Virus record (IMG/VR): IMGVR_UViG_3300021401_000002 | Length of the DNA stretch: 64,000 bases | Strand: one strand, 5' to 3' | Origin: an uncultured virus (IMG/VR IMGVR_UViG_3300021401_000002) | Taxonomy: Duplodnaviria > Heunggongvirae > Uroviricota > Caudoviricetes | In this document: in pieces, positions 38,777 to 44,974 of the stretch | How the letters are laid out: each line of letters begins with the position of its first letter | How positions within the stretch are numbered: position 1 is the first letter of the stretch | Notes under the pieces: generated by a model | Database searches by the model: none | The model's input: only the letters and a program-made list of their open reading frames with translations | Told to the model about the DNA's origin: nothing | Program-made: the position numbers and the translations under genes

Positions 38777-38805
38777 ATGGTACCCCAGATGGACCCCGCA
38801 CGCAA
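38777..38805 (-). promoter_or_regulatory. Sigma70-like leaderless promoter with tandem operator-like repeats
   Basis: TTGCGT-17-TACCAT, 6 nt before ATG; GGGGT(A)CCATC repeated twice across it. Confidence 0.6.
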
Positions 38806-38959
38806 ATCAAGAGAAAAGCGCATCGCTGTCCGTCACCTGTTTCATGGGCCATAATTCGCGCCCACACCCGAGAAAAGCGCGACAACGACCTTCGCAGGCT
38901 CTCCCTGCGCAACATGGGTCGACGGACAGCGATGCCGGGAAAAGTGTAACACGAAGGGC

Positions 38960-39346
38960 TCACCGGAAAAGCCCTACGACCACGCTGAGCAGTCCAGCCG
39001 AGACCTTGCGAGGCGCACCGCGACGTCGCCATGCGCGCTTGATTTTGGCGATCTCACTCTCGACTTGCTCGGCGAGGTCTTCCGCCGCGCGTACCGCCGA
39101 ATCGAAGCTCCCTCGCGAAAGACGAGGACACGAGAGGCGCTCTTCCTTTTCTTCCTCGAGAGCATCGAGAGTCATGGCCAAGTCGGGACCAACGCCCATC
39201 TCGGTCGTCCAGACGAAGACGTCGTCGAAGGAGCCGCTGCCGACCTTGATGGCGGCGCCGGGGTGGAGCGCTTCGAGCGTGGAGATGAGATGCGCGCGCC
39301 ACGCAGGATCAGGGGAGGCAGTGATGATGTGAATGGTGGTGTTCAT
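38960..39346 (-). CDS. Hypothetical protein
   Basis: SD AAGGAG, strong codon bias. Confidence 0.55.
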   Translation of the reverse strand: MNTTIHIITASPDPAWRAHLISTLEALHPGAAIKVGSGSFDDVFVWTTEMGVGPDLAMTLDALEEEKEERLSCPRLSRGSFDSAVRAAEDLAEQVESEIAKIKRAWRRRGAPRKVSAGLLSVVVGLFR

Positions 39347-39358
39347 GCTCCTTTCTAG

Positions 39359-39374
39359 AGCACGCACCGTGCCA
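39359..39374 (-). promoter_or_regulatory. Possible sigma54 promoter
   Basis: TGGCAC-GGTGC-GTGCT, GG/GC at -24/-12 spacing. Confidence 0.35.
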
Positions 39375-39451
39375 CACCCCGTAACACTGTTTTGCGGGGT
39401 TTTACGCTGCGTAGCGACCTACTGTGAACGTCCAGCTACAAGCCGGTGTAG

Positions 39452-39537
39452 CGGAAGTTGGTGGAGACGAGCCACAACGTCGCGATGACGCCGCATCCCT
39501 TAGCAGGAGAGCCCCGCACCTTGCGGGTTCAACTTCC
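39452..39537 (-). tRNA. tRNA-Ser(GCT)
   Basis: Cloverleaf, long variable arm, loop CT-GCT-AA. Confidence 0.8.
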
Positions 39538-39541
39538 GTAG

Positions 39542-39624
39542 CGGAAAGCGAGAGGATCGAACTCCTAACCTTGCGGCTCCCACCAGTGTTCAAAGCTGGG
39601 TGCTCTCCATGAGCGGCGCTTTCC
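39542..39624 (-). tRNA. tRNA-Ser(TGA)
   Basis: Loop TT-TGA-AC, long variable arm. Confidence 0.85.
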
Positions 39625-39628
39625 GTAG

Positions 39629-39714
39629 CGGAAAAGAGAGGAGACGATCCCCAGCGTCGCGATGACGCCGCACTGTTTTCGAGGCAGGCCCAGCACCTTG
39701 CTGGTTTCTCTTCC
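39629..39714 (-). tRNA. tRNA-Ser(CGA)
   Basis: Loop CT-CGA-AA, long variable arm. Confidence 0.8.
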
Positions 39715-39742
39715 ATGGGGACGTTACCTGTTCGTCGATGAG

Positions 39743-39828
39743 CGGAAAACGGAGAACTCGAATCCCAGCGTGCTTGCGACGCCACACCGTATTCCAAACG
39801 GGTCTAGCTCCTAGCTAGTTCGTTTTCC
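39743..39828 (-). tRNA. tRNA-Ser(GGA)
   Basis: Loop TT-GGA-AT, long variable arm. Confidence 0.85.
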
Positions 39829-39839
39829 ATAATTCGTAG

Positions 39840-39913
39840 TCGGAGTGACAGGATTTGAACCTGTGATCTCTCGGACCCCGACCGAGCGCTCTACCAGACT
39901 GAGCCACACTCCG
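39840..39913 (-). tRNA. tRNA-Pro(GGG)
   Basis: Loop TC-GGG-GT (C33). Confidence 0.9.
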
Positions 39914-39942
39914 AGATGTCGATCCGTAGGACGACGCTTCGT

Positions 39943-40470
39943 TTACATCGTGGCAACCACGTACGGTTGCCACTCTGCGAGGATGTTCTTCATCGCAAGC
40001 ACGGGCTGTGCGAGCGGAAGAGTCTTGGGACGGAAGGGCTTGCGAATGAGCTTCATCTTCGCTTGCTCGGGGGTGCGAGCGCCCTTCTTGTCATTGCACT
40101 CGTAACATGACGTTACGATGTTGTCCCATACGGTCTTGCCGCCCTGTACACGCGGAACGACGTGGTCGTAGTTGAGGTTACCCATCGCGTGACGCTTGCC
40201 GCAGTACTGACAGACGAAGTTGTCTCGAGCCATGACGTTGACTCGCGAAAACTTCACACCCTTCTTGAACGCGCTGACGGGCTTCAAGAGTCGAGCAACG
40301 GCTGGCATCTTCATCGTGATGCCGCGCTCCGCGTTCGAGTAGACGACTTCATCGTACCAGTCGATGATCTCCACCTTGCCAGTGAAGAGCTCAGTGATGG
40401 CGTCTTGCCAAGAGCAGACTCTATGCGGAACCATGTAGTGATTGAGGATGAGAGTGGATGAGGGAGACAT
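39943..40470 (-). CDS. HNH endonuclease
   Basis: RDNFVCQYCG...DHVVPRVQGG...WDNIVTSCYECNDKKG. Confidence 0.92.
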   Translation of the reverse strand: MSPSSTLILNHYMVPHRVCSWQDAITELFTGKVEIIDWYDEVVYSNAERGITMKMPAVARLLKPVSAFKKGVKFSRVNVMARDNFVCQYCGKRHAMGNLNYDHVVPRVQGGKTVWDNIVTSCYECNDKKGARTPEQAKMKLIRKPFRPKTLPLAQPVLAMKNILAEWQPYVVATM

Positions 40471-40487
40471 GACGGTTTCTTTCGGGT

Positions 40488-40563
40488 TGGTAGGCGAACA
40501 CAGAATTGAACTGTGATTTGCTCCTTATCAGAGAGCGGTCCTAAACCATTGGACGATTCGCCC
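40488..40563 (-). tRNA. tRNA-Ile(GAT)
   Basis: Loop CT-GAT-AA, CCA encoded. Confidence 0.9.
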
Positions 40564-40597
40564 GAGTTGAATGACGAATAAGAAGATTAGCAGACTG

Positions 40598-40673
40598 TCC
40601 GCCAGACCAGATTCGAACTGGTACATGTTCGGTTATGAGCCGAAGGTTCTGAAACCTATTGAACTACCGGCGG
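40598..40673 (-). tRNA. tRNA(CAT), Met or Ile2
   Basis: Loop CT-CAT-AA. Confidence 0.85.
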
Positions 40674-40677
40674 CTAG

Positions 40678-40750
40678 TGGGAGGCACGGGGATCGAACCC
40701 ATCGAATCCGCCTTGTCGAGACGGCGCAGGCACCAGCCTACTCGCCTCCC
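40678..40750 (-). tRNA. tRNA-Val(GAC)
   Basis: Loop TC-GAC-AA (C33). Confidence 0.85.
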
Positions 40751-40754
40751 TCAG

Positions 40755-40825
40755 TAGGTCCAGACGGGTTCGAACCGCCATCCCCGGAGTGTAGAACCGG
40801 TGCCCTGCCGTTGGACGATGGACCT
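40755..40825 (-). tRNA. tRNA-Val(TAC)
   Basis: Loop TC-TAC-AC (C33). Confidence 0.85.
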
Positions 40826-40826
40826 G

Positions 40827-40902
40827 TGGTCAAGGTGAGGGGATTTGAACTCCTATATCTCCGACCCGAACGGAGCGCTCTACCAGATTGAGCTACACCT
40901 TG
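40827..40902 (-). tRNA. tRNA-Pro(CGG)
   Basis: Loop TT-CGG-GT, CCA encoded. Confidence 0.9.
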
Positions 40903-40903
40903 A

Positions 40904-40977
40904 TGGTTGGGGCATAGAGAATCGAACTCTAATAAGCAGATTCAAAATCTGCCGTCTTACCGTTAGACGATACCCCA
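40904..40977 (-). tRNA. tRNA-Gln(TTG)
   Basis: Loop TT-TTG-AA, CCA encoded. Confidence 0.9.
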
Positions 40978-40981
40978 ATAG

Positions 40982-41056
40982 TGCCAACGGAGGGATTCGG
41001 ACCCACACTGTCCTCGGTCTAAACGAGGCGACTCCTACCAATTGGTCTACGTTGGC
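40982..41056 (-). tRNA. tRNA-Leu(TAG), short variable loop
   Basis: Loop TT-TAG-AC. Confidence 0.85.
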
Positions 41057-41088
41057 GTTAGAGGGACGGACCGTGATCCGGAGCCCCG

Positions 41089-41157
41089 TCGCTGCGGACG
41101 GATTCGGACCGTCGCACTTGGTCGTATGAGAACCAGCGGCATCCCATGCTCGCAGCG
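41089..41157 (-). tRNA. tRNA(CAT) with reduced D-arm
   Basis: Acceptor, anticodon (CT-CAT-AC) and T arms pair; 69 nt. Confidence 0.6.
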
Positions 41158-41158
41158 T

Positions 41159-41235
41159 TGGTTGCGGAGCTGGTGTTGCACCCAGATTGCTAGCGTTATG
41201 AGCGCTAGTGAGGACTATGTCTACCTCTCTCCGCG
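41159..41235 (-). tRNA. tRNA(CAT), initiator-like
   Basis: C1:A72 mismatch, CCA encoded; anticodon stem GCG/CGC instead of GGG/CCC. Confidence 0.75.
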
Positions 41236-41236
41236 G

Positions 41237-41307
41237 AGCCTTCGCTGAGACTCGAACTCAGACATCGACGTTCGAAGCGTCGGGCATAGATCCACTATGA
41301 CGAAGGC
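41237..41307 (-). tRNA. tRNA-Arg(TCG)
   Basis: Loop CT-TCG-AA. Confidence 0.85.
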
Positions 41308-41316
41308 AATGAGAAT

Positions 41317-41390
41317 TGGTCTCTCCGCTGTGAGTTGAACACAGACAATGGGCTTCGTAGACCCATGCGTAGATCCGCTACGACGGAGAG
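41317..41390 (-). tRNA. tRNA-Arg(ACG)
   Basis: Loop CT-ACG-AA, CCA encoded. Confidence 0.85.
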
Positions 41391-41396
41391 AGATAT

Positions 41397-41522
41397 CGAA
41401 GTGGAAAGCTGAAATCGTGACTAGCGACTTCTGGTTCTGTCATGCACTCAGTGAGTCACCACAAAGACCAGGTTACAAGCCCGGTGTGGACTGTATGCAC
41501 GACATCACCACTTACCACTTCG
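41397..41522 (-). ncRNA. Unassigned structured RNA (rod-like)
   Basis: Terminal CGAAGTGG/CCACTTCG helix, nested helices, apical loop CTTGTAA. Confidence 0.5.
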
Positions 41523-41594
41523 CGCTCTCGGCGTGATTCGAACACGCAACCATACCGCTTAGAAGGCGGTCGCCTAATCCATTAGGACGAGAGC
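41523..41594 (-). tRNA. tRNA-Arg(TCT)
   Basis: Loop CT-TCT-AA. Confidence 0.9.
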
Positions 41595-41598
41595 ATAG

Positions 41599-41667
41599 AG
41601 AGTCTGGAGGGAATTGGACCCTCGAAACGGATTTTGCAGACCCGTCGCCGCGCCAGCGAACAGACTC
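41599..41667 (-). tRNA. tRNA-Cys(GCA)
   Basis: Loop CT-GCA-AA, U73. Confidence 0.85.
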
Positions 41668-41672
41668 ACTAG

Positions 41673-41742
41673 AGCAGGTGAGGGGAATCGAACCCCGCCT
41701 CGTGGATGGCAACCACGTGCTCGACCTTCGAGCTGCACCTGC
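41673..41742 (-). tRNA. tRNA-Gly(GCC)
   Basis: Loop TT-GCC-AT. Confidence 0.9.
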
Positions 41743-41746
41743 ATAG

Positions 41747-41817
41747 AGCGGGGACGGAGAATCGAACTCCGATATCTCGGGTGGAAACCGAGTGCATAAC
41801 CATTCTGCCATTCCCGC
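41747..41817 (-). tRNA. tRNA-Gly(TCC)
   Basis: Loop TT-TCC-AC. Confidence 0.9.
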
Positions 41818-41820
41818 GTA

Positions 41821-41924
41821 CTGGCGGCGCCGTGGACCTTTCATCCACCCTCCGCGGAGTGCTTTTCAGCTTGCTTGCCCATGCACGAACAAGTTTGCCT
41901 AGCTCCTGAGAGCGGCTGCGCCAG
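41821..41924 (-). ncRNA. Unassigned structured RNA with GAAA-capped hairpins
   Basis: CTGGCG/CGCCAG closing helix; GCT-GAAA-AGC and GTGGAT-GAAAG-GTCCAC hairpins. Confidence 0.5.
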
Positions 41925-41996
41925 AGCTGACGAGGGGAATCGGACCCCATCCCTCCATCATACCAAGATGGCGCTCCGCCTTGGAGCTACGTCAGC
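41925..41996 (-). tRNA. tRNA-Thr(GGT)
   Basis: Loop TT-GGT-AT. Confidence 0.9.
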
Positions 41997-41999
41997 AAT

Positions 42000-42146
42000 C
42001 GAGTGACTGTCGAGTATGCAATGCGTTGTAAGCGCTCTACCAACTGAGCTACGCGAAGCCGAAGCTTCGTGATCGGACTCGAACCGATGACCTCTCGCTC
42101 CAAAGGCGAATTTGCGTGTATGCGCTGCATGAGTGACAGTGACTCG
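42000..42146 (-). ncRNA. Circularly permuted tRNA-like RNA (YrlA/Y-RNA-like)
   Basis: Order is anticodon arm, AGGTC, T arm (TTCGAGT loop), acceptor stem closed by TTCG, then D arm TAGCTCAGTTGGTAGAGC; ends pair in a long stem. Confidence 0.75.
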
Positions 42147-42147
42147 G

Positions 42148-42221
42148 TGGATCCTGTCGGGATCGAACCGACAACCTCCAAGGTGCAAACCTGGCGCTCT
42201 CCCAATTGGAGCTAAGGACCC
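42148..42221 (-). tRNA. tRNA-Ala(TGC)
   Basis: G3:U70, loop TT-TGC-AC. Confidence 0.9.
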
Positions 42222-42234
42222 AAATACGTAGCAG

Positions 42235-42305
42235 TGGATCGAGCGAGAATCGAACTCGCATTTCTAGCTTGCGACGCTAGCACACGCCCGTTGTGTTATC
42301 GACCC
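42235..42305 (-). tRNA. tRNA-Ala(CGC)
   Basis: G3:U70, loop GT-CGC-AA. Confidence 0.85.
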
Positions 42306-42306
42306 A

Positions 42307-42377
42307 TGGCACGGCGAGAAAGAATCGAACTTTCTTCCAGAGGATTGGAATCTCTGTTGTGCCCTGCACTTCGCCGT
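42307..42377 (-). tRNA. tRNA-Trp(CCA)
   Basis: Loop TT-CCA-AT, CCA end. Confidence 0.85.
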
Positions 42378-42381
42378 ATAG

Positions 42382-42454
42382 CGCCCTCGGCCGGAATCGA
42401 ACCGAGCCTCACTCCGTAGACAGCGGAGCTGCCTCGCCAGATGCATACGAGGGC
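42382..42454 (-). tRNA. tRNA-Asp(GTC)
   Basis: Loop CT-GTC-TA (U37). Confidence 0.9.
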
Positions 42455-42458
42455 GTAG

Positions 42459-42531
42459 CCTCCTCGCCGTGAGTCGAACACGGTACAAACTGTTTAGGAA
42501 ACAGCTGCTCGGAATCCGCCGAGACGAGGAG
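42459..42531 (-). tRNA. tRNA-Arg(CCT)
   Basis: Loop TT-CCT-AA. Confidence 0.85.
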
Positions 42532-42542
42532 ATGTTTGACGG

Positions 42543-42617
42543 TGTGAGCGGTGAGATTCGGACTCACAAACCCGAAGGTTTGAGCTTCGGAGCTTTACCA
42601 ATTAGACTTACGCTCAC
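42543..42617 (-). tRNA. tRNA-Leu(CAA), short variable loop
   Basis: Loop CT-CAA-AC. Confidence 0.85.
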
Positions 42618-42621
42618 TCAG

Positions 42622-42696
42622 TAGGCACGGTCCGATTCGAACGGACACACTCGATGTTTTAGGCATCGAAGCTTTGCCAATTAGACTTACGTGCCC
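42622..42696 (-). tRNA. tRNA-Leu(TAA), short variable loop
   Basis: Loop CC-TAA-AA (C33). Confidence 0.85.
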
Positions 42697-42700
42697 TCAG

Positions 42701-42784
42701 TACCACCGATAGGGTTCGAACCTACACGCCCTTTCGGACATAGCGACCTCAACGCTACGCGTATACCAACTTCGCCACGGTGGC
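42701..42784 (-). tRNA. tRNA-Leu(GAG)
   Basis: Loop TT-GAG-GT, long variable arm. Confidence 0.9.
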
Positions 42785-42785
42785 A

Positions 42786-42861
42786 TGGTCTAGATGAAGG
42801 GATTTGAACTCTTATATCTCCGACCCAAACGGAGCGCTCTACCAGATTGAGCTACACCTAG
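42786..42861 (-). tRNA. tRNA-Pro(TGG)
   Basis: Loop TT-TGG-GT, CCA encoded. Confidence 0.9.
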
Positions 42862-42865
42862 TCAC

Positions 42866-42941
42866 TGGTGGTCAGTGAGGGATTCGAACCCCCTACGCCG
42901 AGTGCTTCAAACTCGCGCTCTACCAATTGAGCTAACTGACC
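42866..42941 (-). tRNA. tRNA-Phe(GAA)
   Basis: Loop TT-GAA-GC, CCA encoded. Confidence 0.9.
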
Positions 42942-42942
42942 A

Positions 42943-43018
42943 TGGCGTCCCTACAGAGATTTGAACTCTGTTTTCCTGATTGAGAAACAGGTGTCCTTGC
43001 CAAGTAGACGATAGGGAC
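42943..43018 (-). tRNA. tRNA-Glu(CTC)
   Basis: Loop TT-CTC-AA, CCA encoded. Confidence 0.9.
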
Positions 43019-43107
43019 ATAGCGCTCCATCTTATTCGCCGCCGGATAGAGCAACGGGGCCGCTTTGCGCGGTCGGAGGTTTTTAGGCCCCCACGTTTTT
43101 GAAGTAG

Positions 43108-43179
43108 CGCGCGATACGAGAATCGAACTCGTCTTGGCGGGTTGAAAAGCCACCATCCTGACCACTAGAAGAATCGCGC
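43108..43179 (-). tRNA. tRNA-Glu(TTC)
   Basis: Loop TT-TTC-AA. Confidence 0.85.
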
Positions 43180-43180
43180 A

Positions 43181-43254
43181 TGGAGCCCGCAAGCGGAATC
43201 GAACCGCTCCCACTGATTTACGAAACCAGTGCTCCGCCTTGGAGCTATACGGGC
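43181..43254 (-). tRNA. tRNA-Thr(CGT)
   Basis: Loop TT-CGT-AA, CCA encoded. Confidence 0.9.
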
Positions 43255-43258
43255 GCAG

Positions 43259-43328
43259 AGCCGACGATGGGATCTCGAACCCAAGCCTCGCTCGCTACAA
43301 GGGAGCGGTGACGCCTCGTCACGTCGGC
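43259..43328 (-). tRNA. tRNA-Thr(TGT)
   Basis: Loop CT-TGT-AG. Confidence 0.8.
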
Positions 43329-43329
43329 A

Positions 43330-43725
43330 TTACTTTTTATGAGAGCGCGCACCTCTTGCAGGTTTCGGTACACGGTCAAACTTCGACTTCCGAACTCGAA
43401 GAGATGCGACGTTGATCTCGTCGTGCACTTCCCGGTGACAATTCGCGCAAAGGAGAATCGTCTTGTCCAATTCTGGTTTGAGTCTCTCGAAAGACTTGGT
43501 ACCAAACCTAGAAATATTGAAATCCTTTTCCAACGGATCAGGATGATGAAACTCGAAAGCGGCTTGACACTTCTTGTATCCACATTTCTGGCAGCGACCG
43601 CCTTTGTAGGCCACTGCTCTGGACTTCATCTGACGTCGACGCTCTACCATCGCAATCGTCAGATATTCTCTTCGATAGGGGGTAAGACGTCTTTTGCTGG
43701 GCGGAAGCAATCTGTTGTCTAGCAC
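43330..43725 (-). CDS. HNH endonuclease
   Basis: KGGRCQKCGY...FEFHHPDP...LLCANCHREVH. Confidence 0.88.
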   Translation of the reverse strand: MLDNRLLPPSKRRLTPYRREYLTIAMVERRRQMKSRAVAYKGGRCQKCGYKKCQAAFEFHHPDPLEKDFNISRFGTKSFERLKPELDKTILLCANCHREVHDEINVASLRVRKSKFDRVPKPARGARSHKK

Positions 43726-43749
43726 AGTTATCCATTAGCACGCTCTAAG

Positions 43750-43824
43750 CTCACGGACCTGGAATCGAACCAGGGACGGCGCGGTTAACAGCCGCGGATC
43801 AGTACCAGCACTGAGACTCCGTGA
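43750..43824 (-). tRNA. tRNA-Asn(GTT)
   Basis: Loop CT-GTT-AA. Confidence 0.9.
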
Positions 43825-43952
43825 ATGTGGGAGCCGAGGGCGCTCCCGTGTTTCTTGACGAACAGGAGAGGCTACCCATGCAAGCTCGAGGGAGCCCGCA
43901 CGCGCCACGTCCTTTCAAGTTTTCAAGGGTCAAGCGCTTCCGCGAGCGCCGG

Positions 43953-44023
43953 TTCGGGCCGAGGGGGTCGAACCCTCATTCTCCGCTCCAGAGGCGGATG
44001 TCTTGCCATTAGACGAAGCCCGA
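43953..44023 (-). tRNA. tRNA-Gln(CTG)
   Basis: Loop CT-CTG-GA. Confidence 0.9.
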
Positions 44024-44030
44024 TCACTTG

Positions 44031-44103
44031 TGGGTTCGGAGGGGGATGATCCCTCAACCTTCCGGGTAAGAACCGGCTGCTCGGCCAATCGAGCTGCGAA
44101 CCC
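44031..44103 (-). tRNA. tRNA-Lys(CTT)
   Basis: Loop TT-CTT-AC. Confidence 0.88.
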
Positions 44104-44108
44104 AAATG

Positions 44109-44181
44109 TGGATTCGGTGGGCAACGATCCCACAACCTCTCGGGTAAAAGCCGATTGCTCTGCCGATTGAGCTACGAATCC
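44109..44181 (-). tRNA. tRNA-Lys(TTT)
   Basis: Loop CT-TTT-AC. Confidence 0.88.
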
Positions 44182-44251
44182 TCCTTGGTTTTTGGCCCGT
44201 CTTTCACGGGCACGTTCTTGCGTTTGAGTTTCATGACTGGGTCTTTCTTCG

Positions 44252-44334
44252 TGGGGCACGGTGGAGTCGAACCACTTGCCATAAGGCCACCGGGTTACAA
44301 CCGGCTAGAGCTTCCACTGCTCCGAACGCACCCC
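44252..44334 (-). tRNA. tRNA-Tyr(GTA)
   Basis: Loop TT-GTA-AC, long variable arm. Confidence 0.85.
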
Positions 44335-44337
44335 ATT

Positions 44338-44438
44338 GGGATATGAGCAGTCGGAGCTCCGATAGCTCTCACGTTCGGTGATAGGTTGCATTGGATACAC
44401 GTCTCCTGTGATCGGCAGTCACGCAAAGGACAAATCCC
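44338..44438 (-). ncRNA. Unassigned multibranch structured RNA
   Basis: GGGATTTG/CATATCCC closing helix with three internal hairpins. Confidence 0.4.
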
Positions 44439-44475
44439 TAGTGCGTTATCCGAGCGTTTTGAATTTTTGAGCCCT

Positions 44476-44516
44476 GAAACGACGAAAGCCGCTCTCGATT
44501 TCCCGAGGCGGCTTTC
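44476..44516 (-). terminator. Intrinsic terminator (attenuator) ahead of the tRNA array
   Basis: GAAAGCCGCCTCG / CGAGAGCGGCTTTC hairpin followed by GTCGTTTC. Confidence 0.75.
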
Positions 44517-44551
44517 CTTTGCGCTACTTGCGCGAGAAGAAAATCCGCCTC
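44504..44551 (-). promoter_or_regulatory. Antiterminator helix competing with the terminator
   Basis: GAGGCGGATTTTC (44551-44539) pairs with GAAAGCCGCCTC (44516-44505). Confidence 0.7.
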
Positions 44552-44754
44552 TAGGTACCGGCCTCCTGATTGCGCGTCGCGAACTTGGGTTCGCCGAGGG
44601 AGGCCGGATACATGGGTGTCGAGCTATCGAGTCCAACTGGGCACAAAATGACGCGCTTCGCGATACCCGAAGGGGTGCACCACGACCCTGAAAGCGCTGC
44701 TGATTGGCTCAGCGGCCTCCGGGTCAGTAAGGTGGATTTCGCTATGGAATGCAT
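44551..44754 (-). CDS. Putative attenuator leader peptide (67 aa, all 20 amino acids)
   Basis: MHSIAKSTLLTRRPLSQ...NQEAGT; TAG overlaps the first base of the antiterminator arm. Confidence 0.6.
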   Translation of the reverse strand: MHSIAKSTLLTRRPLSQSAALSGSWCTPSGIAKRVILCPVGLDSSTPMYPASLGEPKFATRNQEAGT

Positions 44755-44770
44755 CGGAATCTCTTCAGCT

Positions 44771-44799
44771 ACTACGACATGGATTTTCGAAACGCGCAA
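44771..44799 (-). promoter_or_regulatory. Sigma70-like promoter for leader/tRNA operon
   Basis: A-tract, TTGCGC-17-CGTAGT with TGn extension. Confidence 0.45.
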
Positions 44800-44819
44800 G
44801 AACTTTTTTCGCCCATCAG

Positions 44820-44893
44820 GGTGGATGACGGGGATCGAACCCGCGCATACTGCGGCCACAACGCAGCGCCTTGACCACTTGGCTACATCCACC
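44820..44893 (-). tRNA. tRNA-His(GTG)
   Basis: Loop TT-GTG-GC, G-1:C73. Confidence 0.92.
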
Positions 44894-44974
44894 ATACGGA
44901 AAGACCCCTCTTTCGAGGGTCACGTATGGAGCGGAAAAGCCTTGAAACGCATCATGACGATCTGGACGGAGATC

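Noticed and set aside
43021..43105. Spacer with GGGGCC/GGCCCC pairing as an ncRNA
   Set aside because: Pairing too limited to support a call
39402..44350. Many short ORFs over the tRNA region
   Set aside because: They overlap tRNA genes; only the two HNH genes have protein motifs
44755..44895. Upstream extension of the leader ORF (114 aa in the track)
   Set aside because: Runs through tRNA-His and the predicted promoter; ATG 44754 preferred
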